DNA of 64,000 bases. Origin: an uncultured Gammaproteobacteria bacterium (lineage in GTDB: Bacteria; Patescibacteriota; Patescibacteriia; UBA9934; GWF2-40-263). Below are positions 1-9,117 of the stretch, piece by piece (the stretch's first letter is position 1; the number at the start of each line of letters is the position of its first letter). The DNA lies in NCBI GenBank assembly GCA_964499955.1, contig CAZCMI010000001.1, forward strand, positions 39,485-103,484, in the 5' to 3' direction. Made by a program: the position numbers and the translations under genes. Below the pieces are notes generated by a model. It did no database searches and was not told the DNA's origin. It saw only the letters and a list, made by a program, of their open reading frames with translations.

Positions 1-1
1 C

Positions 2-487
2 CTGTACGACCCGCGCGTGCCCGCCCCGGCCACCTTGTTGGAATCCGGCGTCGTGCGCCTGTACGACGTTTCCATCGCCCCGTCCGCCGCCCCGTTGCCG
101 TACAACGTGCTCTATCCGGCCGGGTGGAACCCGCGCGCGCAGGACACGTCCCCGTTCGACGTCGTCTTCGCCGTCACCACGGGGGAAAGCATTTCCGTAA
201 GCGTCCTGCCGAAAGCCGCGCCGGACCAGTCCCTGGGGGATTGGGTGGCGGGGCAGGGGCTCACCGCGCGCGTCCTGCCGTTTACCACGCGCAGCGGCCT
301 GCCGGGCATTTCCACGGAAGACCAGTTAACGGCGTACGTGGATGCTGGCGATCAGGTCATCGTCCTGCGGTATGACACGGGTATCAAGGGAACCGTGGAC
401 TATCTGCAGACCTTCAAGATGATGCAGAACAGCCTGCGTCTGGCCGAGGTGCCGGCGCCGGCGTCAGCGTTGGCGGAGGACGAATAA
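2..487 (+). CDS. hypothetical protein, 5'-truncated at the window edge (GTG at 17 is the first in-window start; the frame is open back to base 2)
   Basis: Open frame with no upstream stop inside the window. No recognisable motif. Confidence 0.35.
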   Translation: MYDPRVPAPATLLESGVVRLYDVSIAPSAAPLPYNVLYPAGWNPRAQDTSPFDVVFAVTTGESISVSVLPKAAPDQSLGDWVAGQGLTARVLPFTTRSGLPGISTEDQLTAYVDAGDQVIVLRYDTGIKGTVDYLQTFKMMQNSLRLAEVPAPASALAEDE

Positions 488-490
488 CCT

Positions 491-952
491 ATGGCCCGCA
501 TCCTTCTCGAACTGAATCAGGCGGCGGTGCGGGGAGGGCAGCGCCTGCCGCGGGCGGAAGCGGCCCGTGCGGCGGCGGCCGTGGCGCGGGCCTTGCGCTT
601 AAAGCAGGACGCGCGCGTGTCCGTTGCCTTCGTGGGCGAGCGGGACATCCGCCGGCTCAACGCCCAGTACCGCGGCAAAGACTGCGTGACGGACGTCCTG
701 TCGTTTCCGCTGGAAGGGGAAGACGCGGAAGAGGAACCGGTCCTCGGCGAAATCCTCCTCTGCTATCCGCAGGCGCGCCGCCAGGCAGAAGAGCGGGGCC
801 ACTCCGCACGGCAGGAAACCATGTTCTTGCTCGTGCACGGCCTGCTCCACCTGTTCGGCTTCGACCACGAAACGCCCAAGGACGCCGCCCGCATGTTCCC
901 GTTGCAAACCCGCATTTTGGAAGGCCTTGGCGTGCCCGCACGCATCGAATGA
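491..952 (+). CDS. ybeY: rRNA maturation endoribonuclease YbeY
   Basis: 153 aa. Carries the conserved HGxLHLxGxDH metal-binding motif (HGLLHLFGFDHE). The stop overlaps the next start (ATGA). Confidence 0.9.
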   Translation: MARILLELNQAAVRGGQRLPRAEAARAAAAVARALRLKQDARVSVAFVGERDIRRLNAQYRGKDCVTDVLSFPLEGEDAEEEPVLGEILLCYPQARRQAEERGHSARQETMFLLVHGLLHLFGFDHETPKDAARMFPLQTRILEGLGVPARIE

Positions 953-1329
953 TCCCTATGATCCGACCCGACCAGCTGATCCGGAGTTTCCGCAACGCCC
1001 TGCGGGGCGTGGGCGTGGTGTTCACCCATGAACAAAGTTTTCGCCTGCAGGTGGCCGCCGGGGCCGCCGTGCTCCTGGCCGCCTGGGCGTTCCAGGTGTC
1101 CAAAACGGAGTGGATCGTCCTGATCCTGCTCATCGCCGCGGTGCTGACGCTGGAACTCATCAACAGCGTGTTCGAGCGCCTGGCGGACGCCTTCAAGCCG
1201 CGCCTGCACCCCGTAGTGCGGGACGTGAAGGACATGACGGCCGGCATGGTGCTGCTCGGCTCCGTGGCGGCGGCGGCCATCGGCGCGTTCATCTTCCTGC
1301 CCCGTATCCTGCCGCTGCTGGGTTGGTAG
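949..1329 (+). CDS. dgkA: diacylglycerol/undecaprenol kinase DgkA family
   Basis: ~125 aa with 3 TM segments and an ELINSVFERLAD motif resembling the DgkA E.LNSAIE signature. An alternative start at 958 sits in the CCTATG context. Confidence 0.75.
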   Translation: MIPMIRPDQLIRSFRNALRGVGVVFTHEQSFRLQVAAGAAVLLAAWAFQVSKTEWIVLILLIAAVLTLELINSVFERLADAFKPRLHPVVRDVKDMTAGMVLLGSVAAAAIGAFIFLPRILPLLGW

Positions 1330-1352
1330 GCCGGGCGCGTTGTGTCGGTTCA

Positions 1353-1361
1353 TGTTATACT
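1353..1361 (+). promoter_or_regulatory. extended -10 element TGtTATACT upstream of ftsA
   Basis: gcgTTGTGTcggttcaTGTTATACTgtcc, 21 nt before the ftsA ATG. Confidence 0.4.
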
Positions 1362-1382
1362 GTCCGTCAGTTTTCCCTTCCT

Positions 1383-2657
1383 ATGTCAGAGGAACTCTAC
1401 GCAGGCCTGGACATCGGTTCGTACGCCGTTCGCATTGCGGTCGGCAAGGTCGTTCCCTCGGCCGACGGCAAAGAACAATTGCATGTCGTCGGCGCGGTGG
1501 AAGTGCCTTCCGGCGGCGTTGCGAAAGGCGGCATTACGGACGTAGAAGAAGCAGTTTCTTCCGTTTCCAAGGCCTTGGAACAGGCGGAGCGGTTGACGGG
1601 CATGCCCATCAACGCCGCGTGGGTCGGTATTTCGGGCACCCAAATGTTGGCGCAGGAAAGCCGCGGCGTGGTGGGCGTCGCCCGGCCGGACGGCGAGATC
1701 CGGGAAGAGGACGTCGAACGCGCTATCGAGGCGGCGCGCACGGTGGCCACCCCGCCCAACTACGACATCGTCCACGTCATTCCCAAGAGTTTCATCGTCG
1801 ACGGCCAGCGCGGCATCAAGGATCCGGTGGGCATGCACGGCACGCGCTTGGAAGTGGACGCGCTGATCATTCTCGGCCTCGCGTCGCACCTCAAGAATCT
1901 CACCAAGTGCGTGTACCGCACGGGGTTGGATATCGAAGACCTCGTCTTTTCGATTTTAGCCACGGCGGAGGCCACGCTGACGTCCAAGCAAAAGGAGTTG
2001 GGCGTGTGTTTGGTCAACCTCGGTTCCACCACCACCAGCGTCGCCGTGTTTGAAGAAGGCGACATCCTGCACACGGCCGTTCTGCCCGTGGGCAGCGACC
2101 ACGTCACCCGGGATTTGGCCATGGGATTGCGCACGTCCATGGACGCGGCCGAACAGGTGAAGATCCGCTACGCCACCTGCCTGCCGGAAACGGTGGGGAA
2201 GAAAGAACACATCGACTTGGCCGAATTCGGCATCGAGGGGGCGGAGCCGGTGGACCGTGCCTTCGTGGCCGAAATCACCCAGGCCCGCATGCAGGAGATT
2301 TTCGAGAAAGTGGACGCCGAACTGCGGAAGGTGGAACGGTCCGGCCTGCTGCCCGCCGGCATCATCCTGACGGGCGGGGGCGTGCACGTGGACGGATGCG
2401 TGGAGGCCGCCAAGGACATCCTGCGCCTGCCTGCCGGCATCGGCGCGCCGCTGGGCGTCAGTTCGGTCATCGACCGGGCGCACGACCCCGCGTTGTCCAC
2501 GGCCGTCGGCTTGGTGCTGTGGGGCCGCCACATTCGCGGCACGGCGCCGGGGAAGGGCGTGGCCGGAGCCGTCTTCGGAAAGATCAAAGGGTTAAGCGGC
2601 GTGGCGGGGACGTTCGCCAAGGGGATGAAGAAAGTTTTTTCCTCGTTCAAAACATAG
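1383..2657 (+). CDS. ftsA: cell division protein FtsA
   Basis: Actin-like ATPase N-terminus (LDIGSYAVRIAVG) with FtsA-like length and features. The start lies in the CTTCCTATGTC context. Confidence 0.9.
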   Translation: MSEELYAGLDIGSYAVRIAVGKVVPSADGKEQLHVVGAVEVPSGGVAKGGITDVEEAVSSVSKALEQAERLTGMPINAAWVGISGTQMLAQESRGVVGVARPDGEIREEDVERAIEAARTVATPPNYDIVHVIPKSFIVDGQRGIKDPVGMHGTRLEVDALIILGLASHLKNLTKCVYRTGLDIEDLVFSILATAEATLTSKQKELGVCLVNLGSTTTSVAVFEEGDILHTAVLPVGSDHVTRDLAMGLRTSMDAAEQVKIRYATCLPETVGKKEHIDLAEFGIEGAEPVDRAFVAEITQARMQEIFEKVDAELRKVERSGLLPAGIILTGGGVHVDGCVEAAKDILRLPAGIGAPLGVSSVIDRAHDPALSTAVGLVLWGRHIRGTAPGKGVAGAVFGKIKGLSGVAGTFAKGMKKVFSSFKT

Positions 2658-2678
2658 GGTGTGCGCCTTGACGTTTTC

Positions 2679-2707
2679 TTGACAGCGCCCGGTGCGGCCA
2701 CTACAGT
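2679..2707 (+). promoter_or_regulatory. sigma70 promoter TTGACA-N17-TACAGT upstream of ftsZ
   Basis: cTTGACAgcgcccggtgcggccacTACAGTtg. The ~65-nt leader contains a ctgagc/gctcag inverted repeat. Confidence 0.55.
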
Positions 2708-2774
2708 TGATGAAGAAAATTTTTGCTGAGCCAAGCGGTGTTCGAATACATAAATTGCTCAGTTTCCCCTGCAT

Positions 2775-4097
2775 ATGGGTGAGGTCAAACCCGGAATCGA
2801 GACGTTTGCCAAAATCAAGGTTGTTGGTTTGGGAGGAGGCGGCGGCTCGGCGGTCAACCGGATGATCAGCGACAATATCAAGGGGGTGGATTTCATCGTC
2901 GTGAACACGGATATTCAGGCGTTGAATCAGAATTTGGCTCCCACCAAAATCGCCATCGGCAAGACGGTTACCCGCGGCCTGGGCGCCGGCATGAACCCGG
3001 AGATCGGCGCGCGCGCCGCGGAGGAAAACCAAAACGAAATCCGCAACGCACTCAACGGCGCGGACATGGTCTTCCTCACCTGCGGGTTGGGCGGAGGTAC
3101 GGGCACGGGTTCCATTCCGGAAGTGGCCAAGGTCGCCAAGGAACTGGGCGCGCTCACCGTGGCCGTGGTCACCAAGCCGTTCTCGTTCGAAGGCGCGCAG
3201 CGCCGCCGCATCGGGGACGAGGGCTTCGACAAACTCAGCCAGTACGTGGATTCGGTCATCACGATTCCGAACGACCGGGTGCTGCAGATCATCGACAAGA
3301 AAACGTCCCTGGTGGAAGCGTTCCGCATCGTGGACGACGTCCTGCGGCAGGGGGTGCAGGGCATCGCTGAAATCATCACGGTGCCGTCGCTCATCAACGT
3401 GGACTTCGCCGACGTCCGCGCCATCATGGCGAACTCCGGGTCCGCGCTGATGGGTATCGGCAAGGCCTCCGGCGAAAACCGTGCCGTGGACGCCGCCAAG
3501 CAGGCCATCGCCTCGCCGCTGCTGGAACTGTCCATCGACGGCGCCAAGGGCATTCTCTTCACCATCACCGGCGGCAGCAGCCTGGGCATGCACGAAGTGT
3601 CCGAGGCCGCCAAGATCATCACCAGTTCGGCCGACGAAGACGCCAAGGTCATCTTCGGCGCCAACATCGACGAAGACCTGAAGGACGAATTGCGCATCAC
3701 GGTGGTGGCCACGGGCTTCGACAGCCGCGACCGCCGCATGTCCGCGCCGGGCGTGGTGGAATTGCCCGCCCAGGGCACGTGGGCCCCGTCGGCGTCCTCC
3801 TCGCCGTTCCTGCGCCCGCGCGAGGACGACAACCGGCCCACCGCGCGGAAAATCCCGTACCAACCGCCGTCCACGCCGCCGCGCGTGCCGCCGGAGGATT
3901 CCTACGCGCCGCCTGCCGCGCCCACGGCCCAGCCGCGCCCCCGGCTCATGCCCGAGGTGCGTCCGGAACCGTCGCAGCCGCAGCCGCCCGCTTCCCGGCC
4001 GACGGTCATGCGCCAGGCTCCGCCGGCGCCCTCCGCGCCCGCGTCGGAAGACGACGACATCGAGATCCCGGCCTTCATCCGCAAGAAGATGATGTAG
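2775..4097 (+). CDS. ftsZ: cell division GTPase FtsZ
   Basis: Tubulin signature GGGTGTG, a long Pro-rich linker and the conserved C-terminal peptide DDDIEIPAFIRKK. Confidence 0.95.
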   Translation: MGEVKPGIETFAKIKVVGLGGGGGSAVNRMISDNIKGVDFIVVNTDIQALNQNLAPTKIAIGKTVTRGLGAGMNPEIGARAAEENQNEIRNALNGADMVFLTCGLGGGTGTGSIPEVAKVAKELGALTVAVVTKPFSFEGAQRRRIGDEGFDKLSQYVDSVITIPNDRVLQIIDKKTSLVEAFRIVDDVLRQGVQGIAEIITVPSLINVDFADVRAIMANSGSALMGIGKASGENRAVDAAKQAIASPLLELSIDGAKGILFTITGGSSLGMHEVSEAAKIITSSADEDAKVIFGANIDEDLKDELRITVVATGFDSRDRRMSAPGVVELPAQGTWAPSASSSPFLRPREDDNRPTARKIPYQPPSTPPRVPPEDSYAPPAAPTAQPRPRLMPEVRPEPSQPQPPASRPTVMRQAPPAPSAPASEDDDIEIPAFIRKKMM

Positions 4098-4122
4098 CGG
4101 GGTGGATACGACATGCAGACGC

Positions 4123-4162
4123 CGCGCCCTCACGGGCGCGGTTTTGTTTTTTGCGATATACT
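4123..4162 (+). terminator. rho-independent terminator after ftsZ, fused to the TATACT -10 of htrA
   Basis: cgcgcccTCACgggcgcgGTTTTGTTTTTTgcgaTATACT. Confidence 0.65.
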
Positions 4163-4184
4163 GCACGGGAAAATCGCGCGACCT

Positions 4185-5357
4185 ATGCCCACGTCTCCCT
4201 CTCCCGTTCCTCCGAAGAAACCCATGAACGCGGAAACGGTCTTGGTGGCAGCCATGGCGTTTTCCGCCTTGATCGGCGCCACGGCCGGCACCGTCGCTTC
4301 CGCCCTGGTGCTTGGCGCCTCGTCCGCCGGCGACCGGTTCGTCGCGGGCATTTCGTCTTCCGGCCGCGCCTTTTTGACGGCAGGTTCCGTGACGGCCGAA
4401 GAAGAAGCCACCTTGGCGGCGGTGGACGCCGTGCAGCGCGCCGTCGTGAGCATTTCGGTCAAGCGCCCGCGCCGCGACGCGCCGGACCAGTTCGTGGACG
4501 TCGGTGGCGGCACCGGCTTCTTCGTCACGCCGCGCGGCCACATCGTCACCAACCGGCACGTCATTTCCGATCCGCTCGCCGTCTACACCGTCCTGACCGA
4601 CGACGGCGCGGAACTGCCGGTGGAGATCCTCGCCACCGATCCGTTCCTGGATATCGCCATCCTGCAGGTGGAAGGGGACGGGTACCCGACGGCCGTCCTG
4701 GGCGATTCCGAAGGCGTACGTATCGGCCAAACCGTACTGGCCGTGGGGAACACCCTTTCTTCGTTCCACAATACCGTCACGAAAGGCATTGTTTCTGGCC
4801 TGGACCGCCGCGTAACGGGCAGCCGGCTGGCAGGCGACATCATCGAACAGGCCATCCAAACGGACGCGGCCATCAACCCCGGTAATTCCGGCGGGCCGTT
4901 GGTGAACCTGCTGGGAGAAGTGATCGGCGTGAACACGGCCATCAGTTTCGACGGACAGTCCGTGGGCTTCGCCATTCCCATCAACGAGATCAAGCGCGCC
5001 GTTACCGACGTGGAGCAATACGGCCGCATCGTGCGCCCGTGGATGGGCGTGCGCTACGTCATGCTGGATCCCGAGCTGGCCCGCGCCGAGGGGCTTTCCG
5101 TCACGCACGGGGCGCTAGTCGGCACCACGCAACCGGGCGCGCCGTCGGCCGTTACGCCCGATAGTCCGGCGGCCGCGGCCGGGTTGCGCGACGGGGACAT
5201 CATCACGGCGGTGAACGGGCAGACGCTCGGGGACGGCCGGTCCTTGGGCCGCGCCATTTCCGTGTTCGCCCCCGGCGACGTTGTGACGCTTTCCGTGGCG
5301 CGCGGGGAAGAGGAGATAGAATTGCACGTCACGCTCGGTGAGTTTCCCGCGGAATAA
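4185..5357 (+). CDS. htrA: HtrA/DegP-family periplasmic serine protease with PDZ domain
   Basis: N-terminal TM/signal, TNRHV catalytic His, GNSGGPLVN catalytic Ser and a C-terminal PDZ domain. The ORF-track start at 4113 is probably too far upstream. Confidence 0.85.
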   Translation: MPTSPSPVPPKKPMNAETVLVAAMAFSALIGATAGTVASALVLGASSAGDRFVAGISSSGRAFLTAGSVTAEEEATLAAVDAVQRAVVSISVKRPRRDAPDQFVDVGGGTGFFVTPRGHIVTNRHVISDPLAVYTVLTDDGAELPVEILATDPFLDIAILQVEGDGYPTAVLGDSEGVRIGQTVLAVGNTLSSFHNTVTKGIVSGLDRRVTGSRLAGDIIEQAIQTDAAINPGNSGGPLVNLLGEVIGVNTAISFDGQSVGFAIPINEIKRAVTDVEQYGRIVRPWMGVRYVMLDPELARAEGLSVTHGALVGTTQPGAPSAVTPDSPAAAAGLRDGDIITAVNGQTLGDGRSLGRAISVFAPGDVVTLSVARGEEEIELHVTLGEFPAE

Positions 5358-5376
5358 TTGAGCGGCTTCTTTCCCT

Positions 5377-6792
5377 ATGTCCTCCGCCAAGCGCACGAAA
5401 ATCGTCTGCACCATCGGCCCGGCCAGCCGCAAGCCCGACGTGTTGTTCGCCTTGGTGCGCGCGGGCATGAACGTGGCGCGGTTGAATTTCTCGCACGGCA
5501 CGCGCGCGGACCACGCGTTGTTGTACCGGGGCGTTCGTGCCGCGGCGCGCCGGGCGGGGGAACCCGTGGCCGTGCTGGCGGATTTGCAGGGGCCGAAAAT
5601 CCGTCTGGGCGAATTGCCGGACACGGGCGTGGGGGTCAAAACGGGGGAAACAGTCACGTTCACCACGGCGCCGGGCGCGTTCCACAACGGCGCCATTCCG
5701 GTCGCGTACGCAAACCTGCACAAGGACGTAAAGCCCGGACACCGCATGTTGATTGAAGACGGGTTGTACGAGGCCGAGGTGCTGGCGGTGAAGGGAAGGC
5801 AGATCCGCGCGAAGATGAAAAACGGCGGACGGCTGCTTTCCCACAAGGGCCTGAACTTTCCGGACTCGACCTTGCGCGTGCCCGCGCTGACGGCCAAGGA
5901 CCGCGTGGACGCCGCCTTCGCCGCCAAGATGGGCGCGGACTGGGTGGCGCTGTCCTTCGTGACGTCGGCCGCGGACGTGCGGGCGCTCAAGCGCGTGTTG
6001 GCCAAGGCCGTGCCGCGCGGCACGCACGCTCCGCGCGTGATGGTCAAAATCGAAAAGCACGAGGCCGTGGACCGGTTCGAGGAAATTTTGGAAGCCGCCG
6101 ACGGGGTGATGGTGGCCCGCGGCGACTTGGGCGTGGAGATTCCGCCCGAGGACGTGCCGATCCGCCAGAAAGCCATGATCGAATTGTGCCGACTGGCCGG
6201 CAAGCCGGTGGTGGTCGCCACGCAGATGTTGGATTCGATGATCCGCAACCCGCGCCCCACCCGCGCGGAAGTGTCCGACGTGGCCAACGCGGTCTTCGAC
6301 CATGCGGACGCCACCATGCTGTCCGGGGAAACCGCCACGGGTGCGTATCCCGTGGAAGCCGTTTCCATCATGGCGCGCATCATCCGCGAGGCCGAGGCTT
6401 CGCCCTACGACGACCTGCCCGCGCCCCCGCCCGCGTTGCCGGACGAACGGGCGGAGGTGGGCGCGGCGCGCGCCTTGCGCCAAATGGCCGCCGACGGGCA
6501 CATCGACGGCGTGTTGGCCACCCTGGCCCTGGCACCCTGGTCCGAGACCCTGCACCGCTTCCATCCGGAGGTGCCGTTGTTCCTGGCCGCGCCGGATGCC
6601 GCCGTCGTGCGGCAGAACAACGTGCGCTGGGGCGTGTCGCCGTTCCTGTTGAAAACCGCCGATCCCAAAACCTTCGTCCGCCGGGCCGTGGCCGCGTTGC
6701 GCAAGGCGGGGAAGGTGAAGGCCGGTATGCGCCTGGCCGCCGTGCTCGGCGCGGAACATGGCAAAGGGTTCGACTTGGTGGAGGTGAAATAA
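5377..6792 (+). CDS. pyk: pyruvate kinase
   Basis: 471 aa with the N-terminus [10 protein letters not shown]....[10 protein letters not shown] typical of pyruvate kinase. No C-terminal allosteric extension. Confidence 0.9.
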   Translation: MSSAKRTKIVCTIGPASRKPDVLFALVRAGMNVARLNFSHGTRADHALLYRGVRAAARRAGEPVAVLADLQGPKIRLGELPDTGVGVKTGETVTFTTAPGAFHNGAIPVAYANLHKDVKPGHRMLIEDGLYEAEVLAVKGRQIRAKMKNGGRLLSHKGLNFPDSTLRVPALTAKDRVDAAFAAKMGADWVALSFVTSAADVRALKRVLAKAVPRGTHAPRVMVKIEKHEAVDRFEEILEAADGVMVARGDLGVEIPPEDVPIRQKAMIELCRLAGKPVVVATQMLDSMIRNPRPTRAEVSDVANAVFDHADATMLSGETATGAYPVEAVSIMARIIREAEASPYDDLPAPPPALPDERAEVGAARALRQMAADGHIDGVLATLALAPWSETLHRFHPEVPLFLAAPDAAVVRQNNVRWGVSPFLLKTADPKTFVRRAVAALRKAGKVKAGMRLAAVLGAEHGKGFDLVEVK

Positions 6793-6810
6793 TCCGGCCG
6801 CGCATAAAGA

Positions 6811-6838
6811 AAATCCCCGATTGAGGTCGGGGATTTTC
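6811..6838. terminator. bidirectional rho-independent terminator between pyk (+) and tRNA-Asp (-)
   Basis: aaaatccccgaTTGAGGtcggggatttt: a perfect 8-bp stem flanked by an A-tract and a T-tract. Confidence 0.7.
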
Positions 6839-6918
6839 TGGCGGACCGGACGGGATTCGAACCCGCGATCTTCTCCGTGACAGGGAGACGTGTTAACCGG
6901 GCTACACCACCGGTCCGC
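6839..6918 (-). tRNA. tRNA-Asp (anticodon GTC), CCA encoded
   Basis: The reverse complement reads GCGGACCGGTGGTGTAGCCCGGTTAACACGTCTCCCTGTCACGGAGAAGATCGCGGGTTCGAATCCCGTCCGGTCCGCCA. It has a GTGTAGC D-arm, a GGTTCGAATCC T-loop, a CTGTCAC anticodon loop and a 7-bp acceptor stem. Confidence 0.85.
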
Positions 6919-6979
6919 GATGAATTGGTGGGCAGATAGTAGCATGGGCCGCCGCGGCTGACAAGGGTGCGGGTGGGGA

Positions 6980-7012
6980 CAAAAATCCCGCCCTTGCGGG
7001 GCGGGATTTCCG
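6980..7012. terminator. rho-independent terminator downstream of rplT (minus strand)
   Basis: aaatcccgcccTTGCggggcgggattt hairpin. On the minus strand it is followed by TTTTTGT. Confidence 0.65.
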
Positions 7013-7363
7013 TTACTTGGAAGCGACCTTGGAGAGGACGGCTTCGAAGACGGCGGGGTGGTCCTTCGCGAGGAAGGAGAGCACTTTGCGGTCCAGCGCG
7101 ACGTTCTTTTCCTTCAGGGCCGCGATGAAGCGGCTGTAGGAAATGCCGGCGGGGCGGACGGCCGCGTTGATGCGGACGGTCCACAGCTGGCGCATGGTGC
7201 GCTTTTTGCGGCGGCGGTCGATGTAGGCGTTCTTGCCGGCCTTCAGGGCGGCGGTGCGGGCAAGTTTGATCTTGGACTTGCGGCCCCACATCATCCCCTT
7301 GGTTTTCTTCAGCAGGTTGCGGCGGCGCTTGACGTGCTGTGTGCCGCGTTTCACGCGAGGCAT
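7013..7363 (-). CDS. rplT: 50S ribosomal protein L20
   Basis: 116 aa; MPRVKRG...KRRRNLLK...INAA is a full-length L20 signature. Confidence 0.95.
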   Translation of the reverse strand: MPRVKRGTQHVKRRRNLLKKTKGMMWGRKSKIKLARTAALKAGKNAYIDRRRKKRTMRQLWTVRINAAVRPAGISYSRFIAALKEKNVALDRKVLSFLAKDHPAVFEAVLSKVASK

Positions 7364-7390
7364 AGAGGAGGTTCGGAAACGGGGGATGAA

Positions 7391-7582
7391 TTAGACGGGG
7401 AGCAGCGTATCCACGGCCTTTTGGTAGGCGGCGGAGAGGCCCTGGTCCCGGCGCTTCTTGCGGGTGATCTTGCCGGCGGCGCGGGAGTTGAAATGGGCCT
7501 GGCCGGCGCGGCGCTTCATGACCTTGCCGGTTTTCGTCACGCGTACGCGCTTGGAAAAGGCCTTGTGGGTCTTCAATTTCAT
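7391..7582 (-). CDS. rpmI: 50S ribosomal protein L35
   Basis: 63 aa; MKLKTHKAFSKRVRVTKTGKV is a typical L35 sequence. Confidence 0.9.
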   Translation of the reverse strand: MKLKTHKAFSKRVRVTKTGKVMKRRAGQAHFNSRAAGKITRKKRRDQGLSAAYQKAVDTLLPV

Positions 7583-7663
7583 ACGGGTTCTTTAGGAAGG
7601 AATGCCGGGAGTGTATCGGAGCCGCCCCGGGCTGTCAAGGGAAAACCGTGTGGCCGGCGGGGC

Positions 7664-8215
7664 TTATTCCCGGGCCAAAATCGCCGTCATCCGGCCGTTT
7701 TGGTAGGTCACGGCCTGTTCGATACGCAGGGGATAATCCGCCCGCAGGGTTTCGATGAAGGTGTTGATGACCTCCTTGGCGCCGTCGCGGAAGGCCTTTT
7801 CCCGCCCGCGCAGGGGAAGTTCCAGCTTGACCTTGTCTCCGCGTTCGAAGAACTTCTTGGCCTGCTGATGGCGGGTTTCCAAGTCCCCCTGGCCGATGCG
7901 CAGGGAAAGGCGGATGCCCTTGATTTCCACTTCCGCCGACTGGGCCTTTTGTTTGCGGACCTCTTTTTCCTTTTGGTACTTGAACTGGCCGAAGTCCAGG
8001 ATCCGGCACACGGGCGGGTCGGCCTTGGGGTTTACTTCCACCAGGTCCAGGCCCTTTTCCCGGGCGATCTCGATGGCCTTCGACGTGGGGAGCACGCCGA
8101 GCATTTCGTCCTTGTCGTCGATGACGCGGACTTCCGGAACGGTGATTTTCTCGTTCGCGTTAAAGACGGGAACGTCGAGCTTGGGTTTTTGATAGCGGTG
8201 GCGGTGAATGCGCAT
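7664..8215 (-). CDS. infC: translation initiation factor IF-3
   Basis: Reads MRIHRHRYQKPKLDVPVFNANEKITVPEVRVIDDKDEMLGV with IF3 N- and C-terminal domains. Gene order is infC-rpmI-rplT. The ATG at 8213-8215 sits in the TCCCTATG context; the longer track ORF reaching 8737 is an over-extension. Confidence 0.9.
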   Translation of the reverse strand: MRIHRHRYQKPKLDVPVFNANEKITVPEVRVIDDKDEMLGVLPTSKAIEIAREKGLDLVEVNPKADPPVCRILDFGQFKYQKEKEVRKQKAQSAEVEIKGIRLSLRIGQGDLETRHQQAKKFFERGDKVKLELPLRGREKAFRDGAKEVINTFIETLRADYPLRIEQAVTYQNGRMTAILARE

Positions 8216-8225
8216 AGGGAAAACT

Positions 8226-8260
8226 GTGGGGAGGATAGCGGAAAACCGGGCGGAAGGCAA
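8226..8260 (-). promoter_or_regulatory. candidate sigma70-like promoter for infC (TTGCCT-17-TATCCT), giving a very short leader
   Basis: Read on the minus strand: cccTTGCCTtccgcccggttttccgcTATCCTccccacagttttcccTATG. Confidence 0.3.
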
Positions 8261-8303
8261 GGGAGTGGCACGGGTGAACGTTTCCGCGTACACTTCATCG
8301 CAT

Positions 8304-8612
8304 ATGCATCCCGAATCGGCATCGAAGGGCGTTCCCGCGTTGGAAGAAGAATACCGGCAGGCGCGGCGGCAGGCGCTGCGGTATCTGCGCAACGGCCTGT
8401 TGTTCCTGACCGTGTGTTTCGCCATTGGCGAGGCGCTGCAGTACGTGGAGGTTCCCTTTAAGCGGTTGTTGGTGGAAGGGGCGTCCATTGCGGGTTGGGT
8501 CGCGCTGTGGCGGCCGATGGAAATGTTCCTGTACGACCTGCCGGACCTGCGCAAGCGCAAGCGCGCGGCCCGCCGCGACGCGCAGGCGGTTGCGGAACCA
8601 GGTGCCGCGTAG
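8304..8612 (+). CDS. small hypothetical membrane protein (possible 2TM-type), divergent from infC
   Basis: ~100 aa. A basic stretch precedes a hydrophobic core (RRQALRYLRNGLLFLTVCFAIGEAL) and the tail is basic. It ends at a bidirectional terminator. The coding call is weak. Confidence 0.35.
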   Translation: MHPESASKGVPALEEEYRQARRQALRYLRNGLLFLTVCFAIGEALQYVEVPFKRLLVEGASIAGWVALWRPMEMFLYDLPDLRKRKRAARRDAQAVAEPGAA

Positions 8613-8616
8613 AACG

Positions 8617-8676
8617 AAAAATCCCCCGCGCATCCGACCCAGCCGTGAGGCAGGGGCGCATGCCAGGGGATTTTTT
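8617..8676. terminator. imperfect hairpin with A-tract and T-tract flanks between the 8304 gene (+) and ssrA (-)
   Basis: aaaaatcccc...ggggatttttt arms with internal gcgcatcc/ggcgcatgc pairing. Confidence 0.45.
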
Positions 8677-8678
8677 CT

Positions 8679-9117
8679 TGGTGGAGCTGGGGGGAGTTGA
8701 ACCCCCGTCCGACGGCCCTTCCCAAACGGTTCTCCAAGCTCAGTCCCGCCTGATACCTGACGTCGGTGAAGACGGGACCAAACCCGCCGCCAGGTGTTGA
8801 CCGCCAAGGTCGTTCCGCGCGATCAACGGTTCGCGGAACCTAGCCGGAAATATATGGCGCCCGACCCTCCCGTATCCGGCGGCGGGAGGCGGACGGGTGG
8901 TCCTGCGATGAGGACACCGAACCGGCGATGCCGGACGGTCCGCCCTTAGGCGGCGACCAATGCGAGGTTGGAAACGCGCGGCGCCGAAGCGATCGCGTTC
9001 TTGACCTTCGAGAAGACGTTGGCAGTTGGGTTCTCTGCGCCAAGGATTTGCGAGGACTGGCGCGCCCTCGGCTTGCTGCGTTGGGTTGAAACCGGCGTCA
9101 AAGCCAGGGACAGCCCC
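8679..9117 (-). ncRNA. ssrA: tmRNA (SsrA)
   Basis: The minus-strand 5' end is GGGGCUGUCCCUGGCUUUGACGCCGG. The 3' end is GGACGGGGGUUCAACUCCCCCCAGCUCCACCA: a tRNA-like T-arm, an acceptor stem with a G3-U wobble (the Ala identity element) and CCA. An internal tag ORF ends ...SNLALVAA-TAA. At ~439 nt it is long for a tmRNA. Confidence 0.8.

Noticed and set aside
1110-2657. A 5' extension of ftsA to 1110 in the ORF track. Similar extensions are 7664-8737 for infC, 22053 for NYN, 40852 for the GT fusion, 48905 for UXS, 53056 for GT4 and 57400 for GT-C.
   Set aside because: The upstream portions overlap neighbouring genes and are Arg-rich nonsense. The conserved N-termini begin at internal ATGs that sit in the CCTATG/TATG start context or at ATGA overlaps.
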